A stretch of 64,000 bases of DNA, from positions 77,624,001-77,688,000 of the forward strand of contig OX597818.1 in NCBI GenBank assembly GCA_951406725.2. Reading direction: 5' to 3'. Position numbers and translations under genes: made by a program. The notes under the pieces were generated by a model that was given only the letters and a program-made list of their open reading frames with translations, ran no database searches and was not told the DNA's origin. The stretch is from Octopus vulgaris. Its lineage: Eukaryota. Below, piece after piece: positions 1 to 13,629 of the stretch; the first letter of the stretch is position 1, and every line of letters begins with the position of its first letter.

Positions 1-722
1 AATTGCTTTTAGGATAAATATTGCTTAGTAATTTCAGCATTCATACTAAATTTCTACTTTCACACTCCACTAGTTCATTAGTAGAGTTTTCTTATTGACT
101 AACTTTTGGGAACTCAAGATTTTATTATTTACCCCTACTTTAAGGCGTCGAGCTGGCAGAAACATTAGCACGCTGGGCAAAATGCTTAGTGATATTTTGT
201 TTATCTTTACGTTCTGAGTTCAAATTCTGTTGAGCTCAGCTTTGCCTTTCATCCTTTCAGGGTTGATAAATTAAGTACCAGTTGCATACTGGGGTAAATC
301 TAATCAACTGGCTCTCTCCCCCAAAATTTTGGGTCTTGTGCCTAGAGTAGAAAAGATTATTTACTCCTACTTTACATTAATCTTTTTATCTCTTACTTGT
401 TTCATTCATTGGACTGCAGCCATTCTGGGGCACCACTCTAAAGGGTTTAGTTAAAGAAACGTTGTACTTATTTTATTAGTCTGGTACTTTTTCTGTCAAT
501 CTGTTTTGCTGAACCATTAAGTTACAGGGATGTAAACAAATCAATAACAGTTGTCAAACAGTGCCAGGTGACAAAGATGCAAACACTTATATAAATGTGT
601 ACACACACACACACACATACACACACACATGATGGGCTTCCATACATTTTCCATGTGCAAATTCATTCAACAAGGCATAAGTCAACCTGGAGCTATAGTA
701 GAAGACTCTTGCCCAAGGTGCC

Positions 723-2030
723 TGTAATGTATAACCAGTAAATCCTAGTTCAAAGAAACTAATTTTTAGTCATAGTCCTGTATATTATTCTGAATGGCTG
801 TTCTCTCTCTTCTTGACAAATGCACATGCTCTTTATATCAACATTATTTGCATAGCATTCACTCCCTCCTAGAAAAAGTTAAAAAAAGTCATAGCCTTTC
901 CGGGGCTTTCTGATTCCTTTGTGTTCAATGCAGCTGAGGGGATTCTTCTTTTTGTTCTTGATGGTTATCTCTAGGAGGAGGAGAAATTTCAATTGGCTCT
1001 CTGTCTGGCTCTTGAGGGACAAATATTTGGGTTAGGTTATCAGTTGGGTGGTGCCAATTGTTTTGTGGATACTGTGGTTTCGCAACTGTCTGGGTAACAG
1101 ACGTGAGCGTATTGGGGGTTGGCTTCGATTAAATCATCTTGGTCCATGATAGGGTCATACTTGTTAATGTGATTGTTCCTTTGAACACGTGCAGGTCCTG
1201 GGTTAAGAAACCATGTTGGCATCAATGTTTCCTGTTGCTGAATGTCTTTGATAATTAAAAAGACGTTCATGAGGAGTGGTGTTAGTGAATGTACAAAGTA
1301 GAGATCTGATTGAATGCAACACATCTGGAAGAACTGTTTTCCATGAAGATACTGGAAGGGCACAGGTTTTCAAAGAGAGTCGTACTGACTTCTAAATAAT
1401 ACCATTATATCTTTCTACTTGACTGTTCCCAGAGGGATTGTATGGTGTCGTCCTATTCATTGCAATGTCCTTACTGAGGAGCCGTTCTCTCAATCTTGTA
1501 GACATAAAGGCAGTTCTACGATCGGAATGTACATAACTGGGCATACCAAAAACTGAGAACAAGTCTGTAAGACACTTTATTACAGTCTGAGCTGATGTGT
1601 CAGATACTGGATAACCAAACGGAAATTGAGAGTATTCATCAACTATTGTTAGGAGATAAGGATGCTTCTTGGAAGGAATCGGACCTTTGAAATTGATGGA
1701 AATTCGCTCAAAGGGCTGCATGGCCTTAGTTAAGTTAACTGAGTCTGGTTTATAATATTGTGGTTTCACTTCTTGACATATAGAGCAATTTCTACATATT
1801 TGTTTCACATTCTCTAACGAATATGGAAGATTTCTACTGCAGATGAAATGATAAAGGTGTACTACACCAGGATGGCACAGTGCTGCATGTAACTCATAAA
1901 GCGAATGTGAACTGATTGCTGAACAGCGTAACCTTGTGAATGCATCCGGAGTGCTGTTGCTGGATCCTGGGTAATTGTGAATATCATATGAGTAAGGAGA
2001 TAACGCAATGTGCCATCTCATAATTTTATC
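723..2030 (-). mobile_element. Ty3/Gypsy LTR retrotransposon 3' remnant: integrase, PPT and 3' LTR
   Basis: ORF 1392-2021 has the HHCC finger (LHAALCHPG...CSIC) and rve core (INFKGP, VHSDR, QVERYNG). ORF 1040-1363 has the EANPQYAHV..ETTVS C-terminal segment. A purine tract at 858-872 (minus) is followed by a TG...CA LTR at 857-723. Confidence 0.88.
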
Positions 2031-4899
2031 ATAAGTACCAATTGAGTACTGGGGTTGATGTCATTGATTAATCCCCTCCCTTGAAATTGTTGGCCTTGTG
2101 CCAAAATTTGAAACCAATATTTGGATTTAGTAGACAGGTTGTCAGTATCCTGGTATTGTCAATTATCATCTTAGAAATATTGATATTAATCACTTTGATT
2201 AATTAAAACAAAATCATAAAGAAAAGGAACTGTTTTTATTGCAACCTCCTCCTGGCCCCTCTATTGTTTATCTGTTAGGGAAGAATCATAAGATTAGAGA
2301 AAAAAAACATTTGGAAATGCTATTAAATTGTCTAATCACCATCACCACCCTAATCATCATCACCACCACTAGCTCAGCTCTGTGTTGGTTGGCATGAATT
2401 AGATAAGTTTTCTCCATCCATATTTGGCACTGCTCCAGTACTAACCACATCATAGTTGTGTTAATATTTTATGTACCAGGACAGGTGTAATTGGAAAGGT
2501 TGTAGTGGCAGATAATTATATTTCACACAAAAAAAAAAAAAAAAAGATATTTTCCATAAACATCTTTCATTAATTCCACTCTATTCAACAAGTCATATTT
2601 ATCAAATTTTAGTTTCAAACCACTTCTGCCTTTTTTCAGGATCTGAACCTACTTTTTAGTCATCAGTAGGGTTGTCTATTCTGTTATAATGGCTCCTGGT
2701 CATCCCTGATTGAGCAGACTTATCAATCATTGCATGCATTCCAACTCTGACCATCCCATCATTTTGTGGGGTTTTTTTCCGGACATAGTATATTCCAGTC
2801 TTCATTGGCCTTTGTGTCCTTCAGTTTAAATGATAGTAGCCTTTAGTTTAAATGATATTTAGCTGCTGTTTCTATTAAGTAAAGCAACCATGGCTTGTTT
2901 ACTATACTGGTATAGTTGCATGGGGGACTATCTACAAAATTATCGAATTTTTTCCTTGCAAGAGGGATTGCCATTATTACAATATTATTTACTAATAATT
3001 CTTAAAAAGAAAACAAACAAAAAAAACTTTTAAGATACACAAAGCCGGTTATAAGGGAGAATATAAACTGTGAAACACCTAGAATAGGTTTTAAAACCCA
3101 CCAGATATTTATTGAAGAAAAAATAAGAAAATAATATTAACAAAAGTGCTTTACCATCTTTATCTACCTTCCAGCTTTTCTCACCCACCCTTGCATAATG
3201 TGGGGTAACAAAACACCTTCAACACTTGCCACAAAACCACCTCCCCCTCTTTCAACCTACTTGCTCAAGGAAGTTTATTCTTTTCCCTTTCTTGCAAGTT
3301 ATTTAGCAACCTTACAAGTGCCAATGTCAGATAAAAAGCACCCAGTGCACACTGTAAAGTAGTTGGTATTAGGAAAGATATCCAGCTTTAGAAATCTTGC
3401 AGGATACTGTAGAAACCATGCCAAAGCTTATGTTGGAGCATGATACATCTCTGCAGCTTGTTAGCATCTGGAGAACCATCCATCTCTTGATAGCATGCAA
3501 AAATGGACATTAAATGATGATGATAATTATCGATATAATTTTCAGTTTGAACAAAATGGTAGGTATAAAATGTAGTTACCTTTTATCTTTTACTTGTTTC
3601 AATCATTAGACTGCGGCCATGCTGGAGCACCACTTTGATGAATTTTTAATCGAATGAATTGACTCCAGTACTTATATTTTATCTAAGCCTGGAACTCACT
3701 CTACTGGTCTCTTTTGCCAAACTAAGTTCCAAGGACATAAACACACCAATACTGGTTGTCAAGCAGTGGTAGGGGATTAACACAGACATGAAGACACACA
3801 CACACATATATGAAGGGCTTCTTTCAGTTTCTGCCTACCAGATCCACTGACAAGGCCTTGGTTGATCAGAGTGTATAGTAGAAAACGCTTTACCAAGGTG
3901 TCACACAGTGGAACTGAACCCAGAGCCATATGGCCTGGAAGCAAGCTTCTCACCACACAGCCATGCTTGCACCTATGTTATATCTCTTAACCTTTTTCAG
4001 TGTTATTTGTTTTAGTTGTTCTTTTGTTAAAACTGTGTAAGGTATAAAGGGATAAAGACCTAAATATGAACAGACTGGTTTCATCAGTTTCTTATGATAC
4101 ACTTCTTGTGTTACACATAATTACTGTAGTAGGGAGCTGGGAATTATCAACCTTATACAGTGATAGCAGATATAGCTTGAAACATGTAATAGTAAAATTA
4201 CCCCCCCCCCCTTCTAATGCATGTGCATGCACATGTACACATATGTTTGTATATCTCTTATACCCTCCTTGTACCATGAGAGTATGCCCTGACATCTCGC
4301 CACCACTGTTTTTATCTCTCTTTCCAGCTACTTCCATCCACCCCTACGTAATACAGGGTAGCCATGTATCTCCTTTATAGTGAGAGACCTCTTCATGTTC
4401 CCCTTTCATATTTAGATTCTCAAAATCTAACTGAAAGCCACCTGCCTCAATATAGTACCCCTACTCACTGTAGGGGACTTTTTCTCTGTCTTGTAAGTTA
4501 TTTGGTGACCTTATTCAAACCAGTTGTGAGAAAAAAAAGTATCCAGTACACTCTGTAAAGTGTTTGGCATTAGGAAGGGCATCCAGCTGTAGAAACCATC
4601 CTAAAACAGACAGTGAAGCTCAGTGCAGTCTTCTGGCATTTCAGATCCAGTCAGATTAACCCATGCTAGCATAGATGATGAACATTAAATAATGACATTT
4701 ATACACATCTCTGTATACCCACATTCATTGCCATCTGTTATGCATAATGCAGATACATCATAACAGGTAAATTAGCAGCAGTATTTGTCTGCTGTAGATA
4801 ATGACCTTGTGGCTGCACTGTGTTTGAAAACATGAAAATATATCAAAAACAGTTAAAAATCATGCAGCAGCTGTGCTGAAAATACTAGCCTTACATTTC

Positions 4900-6700
4900 T
4901 ACCTTGTTGGACTTTCAATTTGTTTGTTTAGGCGATTTGAAATTTTTGTATGCCATCCCATAAGAATTTTCCTCTCCCTGGGGATTTTGTTCATGTGTAC
5001 AGTGGCCTTTCCCTCTGGGACACATTTGTAGCAGATGGCTTATATTACAGATGTGAAGTGTTGAAGTTTCATGTCGATGTCTGGTGTGGAGAGACATTTA
5101 GGTCAATTTTGTTTGAGGATCTCTTAATTTGTTTCCAGTTTGCCTTATGGAAGTTCAAGCTGGCAAGATTTTGAGAGTTTCTTGTTGGCTGCATGTCCAT
5201 GGTTTCCTTTGTTCTGTACATGGTCAGCTTTACCATTTTGTGATCCAAGAGTAGTGTCAGTGTCACTTTCACATTATGGATGAGATCCATTTTATTTGTG
5301 AAGCAGAGATCCAGTATGTTACCTGCCCTGATTGGTTGGAGTTCTATTTGTTCCATGTACAAAGTACTGATGAGGTTCAGGAGGGACTTCACCTGTCCTT
5401 GTTTGCATTGTGCCATTCCTTGGAGAGAATGGCCCTCAGGCCATCCGACATTGGGGAGATTGAAGTTTCCCGTAAGATGTACACTTATGTGTTGTTCTAA
5501 TGTAACCAGAACTTCTATTTTTGTAAGGCAGTCTTCAAACTTGCCTGCATCTTGAGGGTGATATGTAGCACATATAATTACATTGAGTTGTCTTACATGT
5601 ACAATTAATGTGGTACATACTGAATTTGAATGTGACAAAAGGGCCTGGGTGTGAAGTCTTTGCGGATGTACATAGCAACTCTACCATGCCTCCTTTCTTT
5701 TCTGTTGGTCTGTAATACAACATACTGTGGTTACTGTATTTCTGCATTTGCTATATCTGGTTTCACGTGTTTCCATAAGTGCTCTGCATAAGGCTTGATT
5801 GCATGCAACAAGGTCTCTCAGGAAAGGAATTTTTGTTCTGTTACTAAGTCCTGCGATGCTCAGTAAGAGCACTGATGTGATGTCTGTGTTGTTGCCAGTG
5901 GTGTCCACCTTGGGTCTATTTGCCATGGTGGTCTTGTGTATTGGGGATAGTCCAATCTGTGAGATTGATGTAGCCAGGTCAGTTGCTGTATAATCTTTTG
6001 TGCCATGCACAAAAAAGATTGTTGTTTAGCAGCTGCCCTTTCAGCAACATGTTGATGAGACTGATTTGTAGCACACGCTACATCTGCGTATCTCTGTTTT
6101 GTGGTAGGTGGTGCGTAGTCCTTTCCTTTTGGCAGGTGGTTTCTGCCTTGTTTCATGTTGGTGTGGCAGAGTCTTTGGTGTGCAAAACAGTAGCTTGCAC
6201 CTCCTTCTTCATGCCAGCAGACATCTTTCAAGTAGAATTTGCACATTCGTGTGTGCTGTCTCTTATCTTTTTTGTTGTATAGGCAGTCCAGTTTGCTTCT
6301 TTCTTTGGCTGTTTCATCTTTTGCTTTTGCTCCTTTTGGTTGTTCCTTTTTGGCTATTTCACCTCCACAGTTTTTCGCTTTGATGGTGGTAGAGGCGCTT
6401 GCATTTGGGTTTACTTTCCTGGCAGGTTTCTCGCTTAAACCATCTTCGTTTTCTTGAGTGTGTACCATGTGGAGGTAATATCTTTTATCTACATCTGTGC
6501 CTCCATCCTTGTCATCTTTGCTGTGTTCATTATCAAAGATGGCATCAGGAGTTCCGATGTGGGATCATATGAGAGCGTAAAAATGTGTAAACTCCTGCTT
6601 CATTCGCTCTATCTGTACTAAAGTTCCTGAGTAGTCATTGCTCTTCAGTGCAGCTGTGATAATATTGTTTGGATTATCTCCTTCAGTACCAGGCTCTCAA
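4900..6700 (-). mobile_element. Degenerate LINE (CR1/Jockey-group) 5' part: ORF1 with CCCH-type zinc finger plus AP endonuclease; no RT
   Basis: ORF 5860-6468 CKFYLKDVCWH..CFAHQRLC. Frameshifted APE motifs: ALMET, KKGG, ATYHP, GNFNLP, NILDLCFTN, LDHKMV. Boundaries approximate. Confidence 0.82.
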
Positions 6701-6774
6701 AAACAATGCCAATTCCATGCTCCTCCAGTTTCTGGACATTTTTCTGGATATTTTTATTTATTTATTTTTAATTT

Positions 6775-7275
6775 AACAGTGTGATGGAGGGTAGTGAAGA
6801 AATAGAGAAAAAAAGTGTGTATATATATTTAGAGAGATTGAGAGACTAAGAGGAGAGAGGAACAGAGTGTGTGTGTTTATATATTTAGGAAGATTGAGAG
6901 GTTGAGAGAAGAAAGACTGTGTGACGGATAGAAGTGAAGAGACAGAGAAAGAGAGAGGGAGTATGTATCTTAAATGCAGGTTGAGGGGCTGAGAGAAGAA
7001 AGATTGTGTGTTGGAGAGAAGTGAAAAAACAGAGAGGAGAAAGAAAAAGTGTGTATACACACACACACAATATTTGGGGAGATTGCAGGGCTGAGAGAGA
7101 AAGAGTGTGTCTATACACACAAACACACACACACACATATATATGCTTGCATACACTATATTTAGGGAGTTTGAGGGGCTGAGAGAAGAAAGATGGTGTG
7201 ATGGAGAAAAATGAAGAAAAAGAGAAAGAGAGAGTGTGTGTTTATGTATTTATAGAGAAGAAATAGAGAGAGAGA
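6775..7275. repeat. Diverged GA/GT-rich minisatellite, about 5 units of 90-100 bp
   Basis: Recurrent gaggggctgagagaagaaaga(t/c)tgtgtg..gaagtgaa..cagagaaagagagag. Confidence 0.65.
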
Positions 7276-7299
7276 AAAAAAAAAATATATATGTAATAT

Positions 7300-7570
7300 A
7301 TACGATAGTAGGTAATTTAAAGGAAAAACCCTCATTTAATATATATAGAAAAGATAAGAAATGGAGCAAGAATTAACAATGAGAAGTGGATCATTGCTGT
7401 TTAAATGTCATTATTTAGTTGAATTTAAGTGTCTGTGGATACATCTACCACTTACGTGGTTTTACATTTTGAGCAAAGCTCTTCAGAAACAGCAGACAGG
7501 AAAGTCCAAGAGAAAAGGAAGACTGCAGGAAAAAATTGACAACGATTCACATGCGGTTACATTTTGAAAG
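7300..7570 (-). mobile_element. Probable Penelope-like element terminal fragment with decayed minimal hammerhead motif (7459-7490)
   Basis: Minus strand gttt-CTGAAGA-gctttgctc-AAAA-TG-TA-aaac; the fragment sits between (TA)n tracts. Confidence 0.5.
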
Positions 7571-7599
7571 TGTGTGCATATATATATATATATATATAG

Positions 7600-7770
7600 A
7601 AACACTGCCAGATTTGACTGGGCCTGATGAAGCCTTCTGGCTTCACAGACCCCAGTAGAACCGTCCAACCCATGCTAGCATGGAAAACGGACGCTAAACG
7701 ATGATGATGATGATGATGATATATATATATATGCTAGCATGGAAAGCGGACGTTAAATGATGATGATATA
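7600..7770 (+). mobile_element. SINE family C 3' end with (GAT)n tail, plus a duplicated tail
   Basis: catgctagcatggaaa.cggacg.taaa.gatgatgat occurs twice; near-identical to the reverse complement of 60872-61000. Confidence 0.8.
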
Positions 7771-7787
7771 TATTTATGTGCATATAT

Positions 7788-8016
7788 AAGGCGGCGAGCT
7801 GGCAGAAACATTAGCACACCGGGCGAGATGCTTAGCTGTATTTCGTCTGCCGCTATGTTCTGAGTTCAAATTCCGCTGAGGTCGACTTTGCCTTTCATCC
7901 TTTCGGGGTCAATAAATTAAGTACCAGTTACACACTGAGGTCGATGTAATCAACTTAATACCTTTGTCTGACCTTGTTTGTCCCCTCTATGTTTAGCCCC
8001 TTGTGGGTAATAAAGA
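7788..8016 (+). mobile_element. tRNA-derived SINE family A, young copy (other copies about 143-356, 24265-24460, 28690-28910, 41402-41638 minus, 51970-52170 minus, 53734-53862 minus, 59797-60010)
   Basis: ggcggcgagctggcagaa head, B-box-like gagttcaaattcc, central gcctttcatcctttcggggtc.ataaattaagtaccag; multi-copy in the window. Confidence 0.85.
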
Positions 8017-8034
8017 AATATATATATATTTATA

Positions 8035-8117
<83 letters not shown>

Positions 8118-8244
8118 GCATATATATATATATTTATATGCATATATATATATTTATATGCATATATATATATATTTATATGCATATATATATATATTTA
8201 TATGCATATATATATATATTTATATGCATATATATATATTTATA

Positions 8245-8302
<58 letters not shown>

Positions 8303-8825
8303 TATATATTTATATATATTTGCATATAAATATATATATATTTATATATCGATGATGATGATGAAATATATATGCATATATATGTATGTATAAATATATA
8401 TGCATATATATATATATATACACACATTATGCATATATATATATATGCATATATATGTATGTATGTATAAATATATATGCATATATATATATATATATAC
8501 ACACATTATGCATATATATATATATATATATGCATATATATGTATGTATATATAAATATATATGCATATATATGTATGTATATATAAATATATATGCATA
8601 TATATATATATATATATACACACATTATGCATATATATATGCATATATATATATATATAGACACATTATGCATATATATATATATATATATGCATATACA
8701 TATATGCATATATACAGACATACATATATACATATATATGCATATATACAGACATATATATGCATATATATATATATGCATTTGTATTTATATGTATATA
8801 CATATATGCATATATACAGACATAC

Positions 8826-8870
<45 letters not shown>
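8017..8870. repeat. Large compound microsatellite (TA)n / TATGCA / (CA)n
   Basis: Directly visible; source of many spurious Y/I-rich ORFs. Confidence 0.97.
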
Positions 8871-8873
<3 letters not shown>

Positions 8874-10188
8874 ATAAAATTTACAATTACTTTTAGGTCT
8901 TCATATAAGGAAGCCAGTTGATTCCTGTATTATTGCGATGACTATCCTTGACTTGTATTTAATAATTGACTTAAGGAAGTCCTTAATTATCAGCAGTCTA
9001 GAATCTGGATATCTGCTCTAACAGCCAACAAATGTTTTTACTTTTGTATTCAGTTGTATCTTTTATCACATCTATTTGGACAAGTCTAGCATTGTACTCT
9101 GATGTACTCTGAAGCTACAATATTACTCAGAGTTTAATTATTACTCATTGTCACTTGGGAAAGTTATATAGCATTTATGTTCTTCTCTGGGTCAGCTAAA
9201 TTGAAATTTTAGGATTCAGAAGCGACTGTAATTATCAATGTGGGAAAAACACTTAATGTGCACCAATGAAAAGAAAAAGAGCAGAAACATATATTGAATT
9301 GAGGATGTACTGCTAATGTTTTCTCCATTACTGATTTTTTTTTTTTTGTTGTTGATATTATTGTTTTTCCTCCTGCTCCCCCACCTTCTTTCTGTAGTGT
9401 AATATTTAAATACAGTGATAATTTTACAGGCACCTATTAGTATATTTTGGTTCTTCTACTCCCCCTTTGCTAATACCACCACCACCACTTCAGAATCTGC
9501 TGAGATTTAAAACATCCTTTTGTTTCAAATTATCCCCTGACATAGTTTTGAAGTTAAGTTTTTCCTTGACTCATAGCATGAGGGAGTGTATGACAAACCA
9601 TAACAACAACTTTCCACTTATATCAAAGCACTTCTGTCTCACCCTCTATTGTCACTGTTTAGAATTTGTCGCCAGTCTAGCCTGTCTGTCATAATGGAAC
9701 ACATTATACTAGTACCAAGGTAAAATCTCACTGAAAATTCGTTTTTTTTTCTTTCCTTCTAAACCATTATAATATTCTAGTTATAGTTAGATATTTTTTA
9801 TTTTCTGTTCACATGACATTATTTTGGTTTAGTTTTCATTGTGTATTTGTTAAACACATGAAATGCATGAAGTCTGCTCTATAGTTTTGCTACATATACA
9901 ATTCAGGACTGTTTTCTGTTATGAATAAATTTTCTCTTAAAACATGCAAACTGTAAAATTATATCTTATATCATCGGTCTACAGAAATGATAATAATGCT
10001 GATGAAAATCTGTTGATCTTCATAATTATTTGCTAATGAATTTGCTTTAATCTAAATACATTCCTTGTTTACATTCATGTCTATTTTTGTTATTATATTA
10101 TTAGTTTTCCCTTTGTCATGGCCATTAATTAACTGATAAGTAAAATATGTAATAGTTATTTCATTTGGCATTTGTTTTGTATTTACAG

Positions 10189-10269
10189 CATGAAAAGGAA
10201 AGGAATATGCGACAGCAGAGTATTAGGACCATAGAAAAGATGCTTATACTCCAACAAGAAGAATGTATT
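10189..10269 (+). CDS. ARHGEF11/12: RhoGEF exon, coiled coil (HEKERNMRQQSIRTIEKMLILQQEECI), phase 0-0
   Basis: tttacag acceptor, gtaagt donor, 81 nt open; resembles the LARG post-PDZ helix (ILRKMLQKEQE type). Confidence 0.85.
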
Positions 10270-11864
10270 GTAAGTAATACTGCCTCATCACCTCTTTGTG
10301 TGTCTTGTTTGAAAGGAGTAATTTGCTGTCTGCTGGAGTTTCAAATTTCCAACATCTCTTAAGTAATTGTTTGAACTGGATATAATTGTATTTAGAAAAA
10401 AAAAAGAGGAATACATACTTATTAAATGATAATATTGACTTCTTAGATAGGTTCATGGTGTATTGTTGATGGAAAGGGATTCCTTTAATTTGCATTCAGT
10501 GTCGTCTTGGTTCTTTATTGTGCTAACCCTAGAGGGAAGAGGAAAATTCAAGTCCACTTTGAGGTAAACCAAAGTGGATTTAATACAAAACTTTGAGGGG
10601 CAGAACTAAATACTATAACATTAATCAAGCTCTGTACTGATTCTGTCAATGATGTTGATGACTGTACTTTTTCTTCTAAAAAACTGTAGTGTATTTAAAA
10701 AACAATAATTTTAACTGAAGGAATTCCATTCTTAGAAGATAGGATTTTAGCATAGTTGTTATTTGTGATAACGCTTTGTTAATAAAATAACAAAAAAAAA
10801 ATCCATAAAAACCTTTCCTCATTATCTTCTTGTAAGTCTTTTATTAAGCACTAGCTATTAACAAATAATGAAATTTAAATTCAATACTTCTAATTTACTC
10901 TATAATATTGCCATCAGACTTCCATATCGATAAGAATTTTGTATGTTTCTGAAACCTCAGCCCACTTATTTTTTTAGCCATTTTGTTACCAGACTTCTAT
11001 TGAAATGCACTTTGTGTTCTAATTCATTTTGAAAGTAATGAAAAATTTAGTAAAATAACTTTGACACTATTCAGCTGATGTGGTGTTTGGAACATAAATT
11101 AACATAAAGTTCTACTGGGAAGTTTTAATGTAGATCACTTTAGAACAGGAAGTATCAGAGGAGTGGGGGCATCTCTCTCAGGCCAGTTGGTATCAAAAAT
11201 AGTATTAATCAGTGTATTTCCTATTCTCACTCCATTTTTTGTTATATAGCCAAATATATAAAGCCTTACACTTAATCAGGTGACATCATGACATCTCAGG
11301 GTTATTATTTTGATTTGTTTTTTTATCAACCTTTCATATCTGTAAACGTGCTACTCTATTTTCATCATCATCATCATCTTTTTATGATTAAGATTACAAA
11401 AACTACCCAACTGTCAAAACCGAGTCTAAGACAATCTGAGCATATCTAATTTTGTAAACCATTCTACTACATTTGACTGAAGTAAAAGAAAGCTTTTGAC
11501 TGTTATTGATTAGATAGATCTCTTGTTACTTCAGTTCACCTTTAATTTATCTCTAACAGTTTTATAACTCACATCCTCCTTTCTGGCCAATTCTCATACC
11601 TTTCTCTTTCTACCTCCCTCCCTCCCTCTCTCTTTCACTTGCAATCACTTGTCACTCACTCACTTTTACAGTATACATCCAATGTACAATACTCTATTTG
11701 TTCCTCTCCAGCAACTGCAATTCATTTGCTTTCACAGCCATACATTATATTTCTGATATATTTACCATACAGACCTGTCAGTGCTCATCTGACAATATGC
11801 CAAAAATTAAAGTAAAAACCTCAATGTTGTATTGAGGCTTGTAAGCACATCACATTATATATAT

Positions 11865-11915
<51 letters not shown>

Positions 11916-12430
11916 ATATCATCATCATTTAACATCCATCTTCCATGCATGGGTAGGACAGTTGACAGGAGCCGGCCAAGTTGAAAATCTACCCAAGGCT
12001 ACTGTGTCTGTTTTGGTAGGGATTTTACAGCTGGATGCCCTTCCTAACACCAGTCACTCCACAGAGTGGACTCAGTGCTTTTTATGTGGCACCAACATTG
12101 GCAGGGTGTGGGGGGGCAGTGATACAGTGAGCATGACAGTGTGGGCAAGAAAGGAGATTGGAAGACAATCATAATGTATGAGGAGGAAATGTGAGGAAGA
12201 GAAAGATGCAATTAGAAGATGAGTTGTAGTTTGAATTCTTAGGGTAGAGTAGGTGAAAAGTATGTTGTTACATGTGGCTAGGATACAACTCTTCTAGCAC
12301 TCAATTTCGTAGACAGGTCTTCCCTAGGACCTCATATCGCCAAACATCTTGGTCTGCTGTCATTTTCTCCGTGAGCCCCAACAGCCTAAGATCCATCCTT
12401 ACCACTTCATCCCATTCGTTTTATTATCCA

Positions 12431-12470
<40 letters not shown>

Positions 12471-13010
12471 TGTTGGTTCTACACTCAAAACTAATTAGAT
12501 CAACTGAGTAATATAACTTGTTGACTAATTCAGATGAGCAGAGAACTGAGCCTGTCAGTTATATTATTAGTGCTGTGAATGTACTTGAAGTGATGATTCA
12601 CCAAGCTAAGAGTCTTGAAATTAATGAAGCAAGAGTTGAAAAATATGAACGAGAAGAACCCTGTACTATTTCTTCTGCTGTGTTGTGTTATCTAAGAGTT
12701 ACTACAAGAAATGATTATGTTTCTTTATATTTGTATGAGCAAAATGCCCCCCGTCCAATGGACAGTACTGAAGTATATCTGCTGAATAAAAAGCAATCAG
12801 TGTTTTCTTTTCATTAAAAAATAATTAAGCATGCCTTTATTTAAATAAAATTTTTGGTTTTGTTAAACAAAGTTAAGGCAAAAAAAAAAAAACTTCTTGA
12901 GAAACTAAATAGTCTTTTCTTCCTTCATGCCAAGTTTGAAGAAAATATCTCTTTTGTATCTTACTTTTTTGGTCTCTTAAATATGCTGCATTTTGTGGCA
13001 ATATTTCAAG

Positions 13011-13246
13011 CCAGCTGGCTTGTTTTGCACAAACTGCATGTGCATTTTTCTCGCGTACGCATAGTATCAATCACAACAGCTGATATACTTGTGCGTACAA
13101 ATGCAAGTTCCCACGGCTTTATCGATCACATTCTCACTGGAATTGATTTTTGTAATTTTTTCAAGACTTATACACACCCTGATACCATTAGTATCCACAT
13201 ATCAAATTTGAGCGCAATCGGATGGAGGATGCCCGAGATCCTAGAA

Positions 13247-13291
<45 letters not shown>

Positions 13292-13309
13292 CGGATTTTA
13301 TATAATAGA
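13011..13309 (-). mobile_element. Non-autonomous Helitron-like element with internal (CA)n
   Basis: Minus strand begins A|TCTATTATATAAAA (5'-TC). Contains an aaatttgagcgcaatcgg motif typical of small Helitrons and is CpG-rich. The 3' end is degenerate (tgcaca..tgtgca hairpin, ccag instead of ctag). Confidence 0.5.
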
Positions 13310-13629
13310 TTTGTTTTTATGTGCCATGACATCTTTCAACAAAATATTGTCATTTCAAAGAACTTTGCAATATTTTTTTTAATATTAAGCATTATATTAC
13401 AGAGATGTACTTGCATGGCAAATGTTTTTATCTGAGACCATCTGTTAAAAACTAAAATGATTTGCAGCCTGGAAGAAATGTATATATTAGCTATTTGGAA
13501 ACATACAAAGACTGTTAACCTCACTTAAATAAATGTTTAAATGAAGTTAGCAGTTTTTGTGTGTTTCTGAATACGTATCTTCAACTTTGCAATTGTTGTA
13601 AGCATTATATATTTTTACATTTCTAAATG

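Noticed and set aside
7788-7880. tRNA gene
   Set aside because: The A/B-box-like head belongs to a multicopy SINE and has no complete cloverleaf.
7974-8896. Many overlapping ORFs rich in Y/I/H/C
   Set aside because: Translations of the (TA)n/TATGCA microsatellite.
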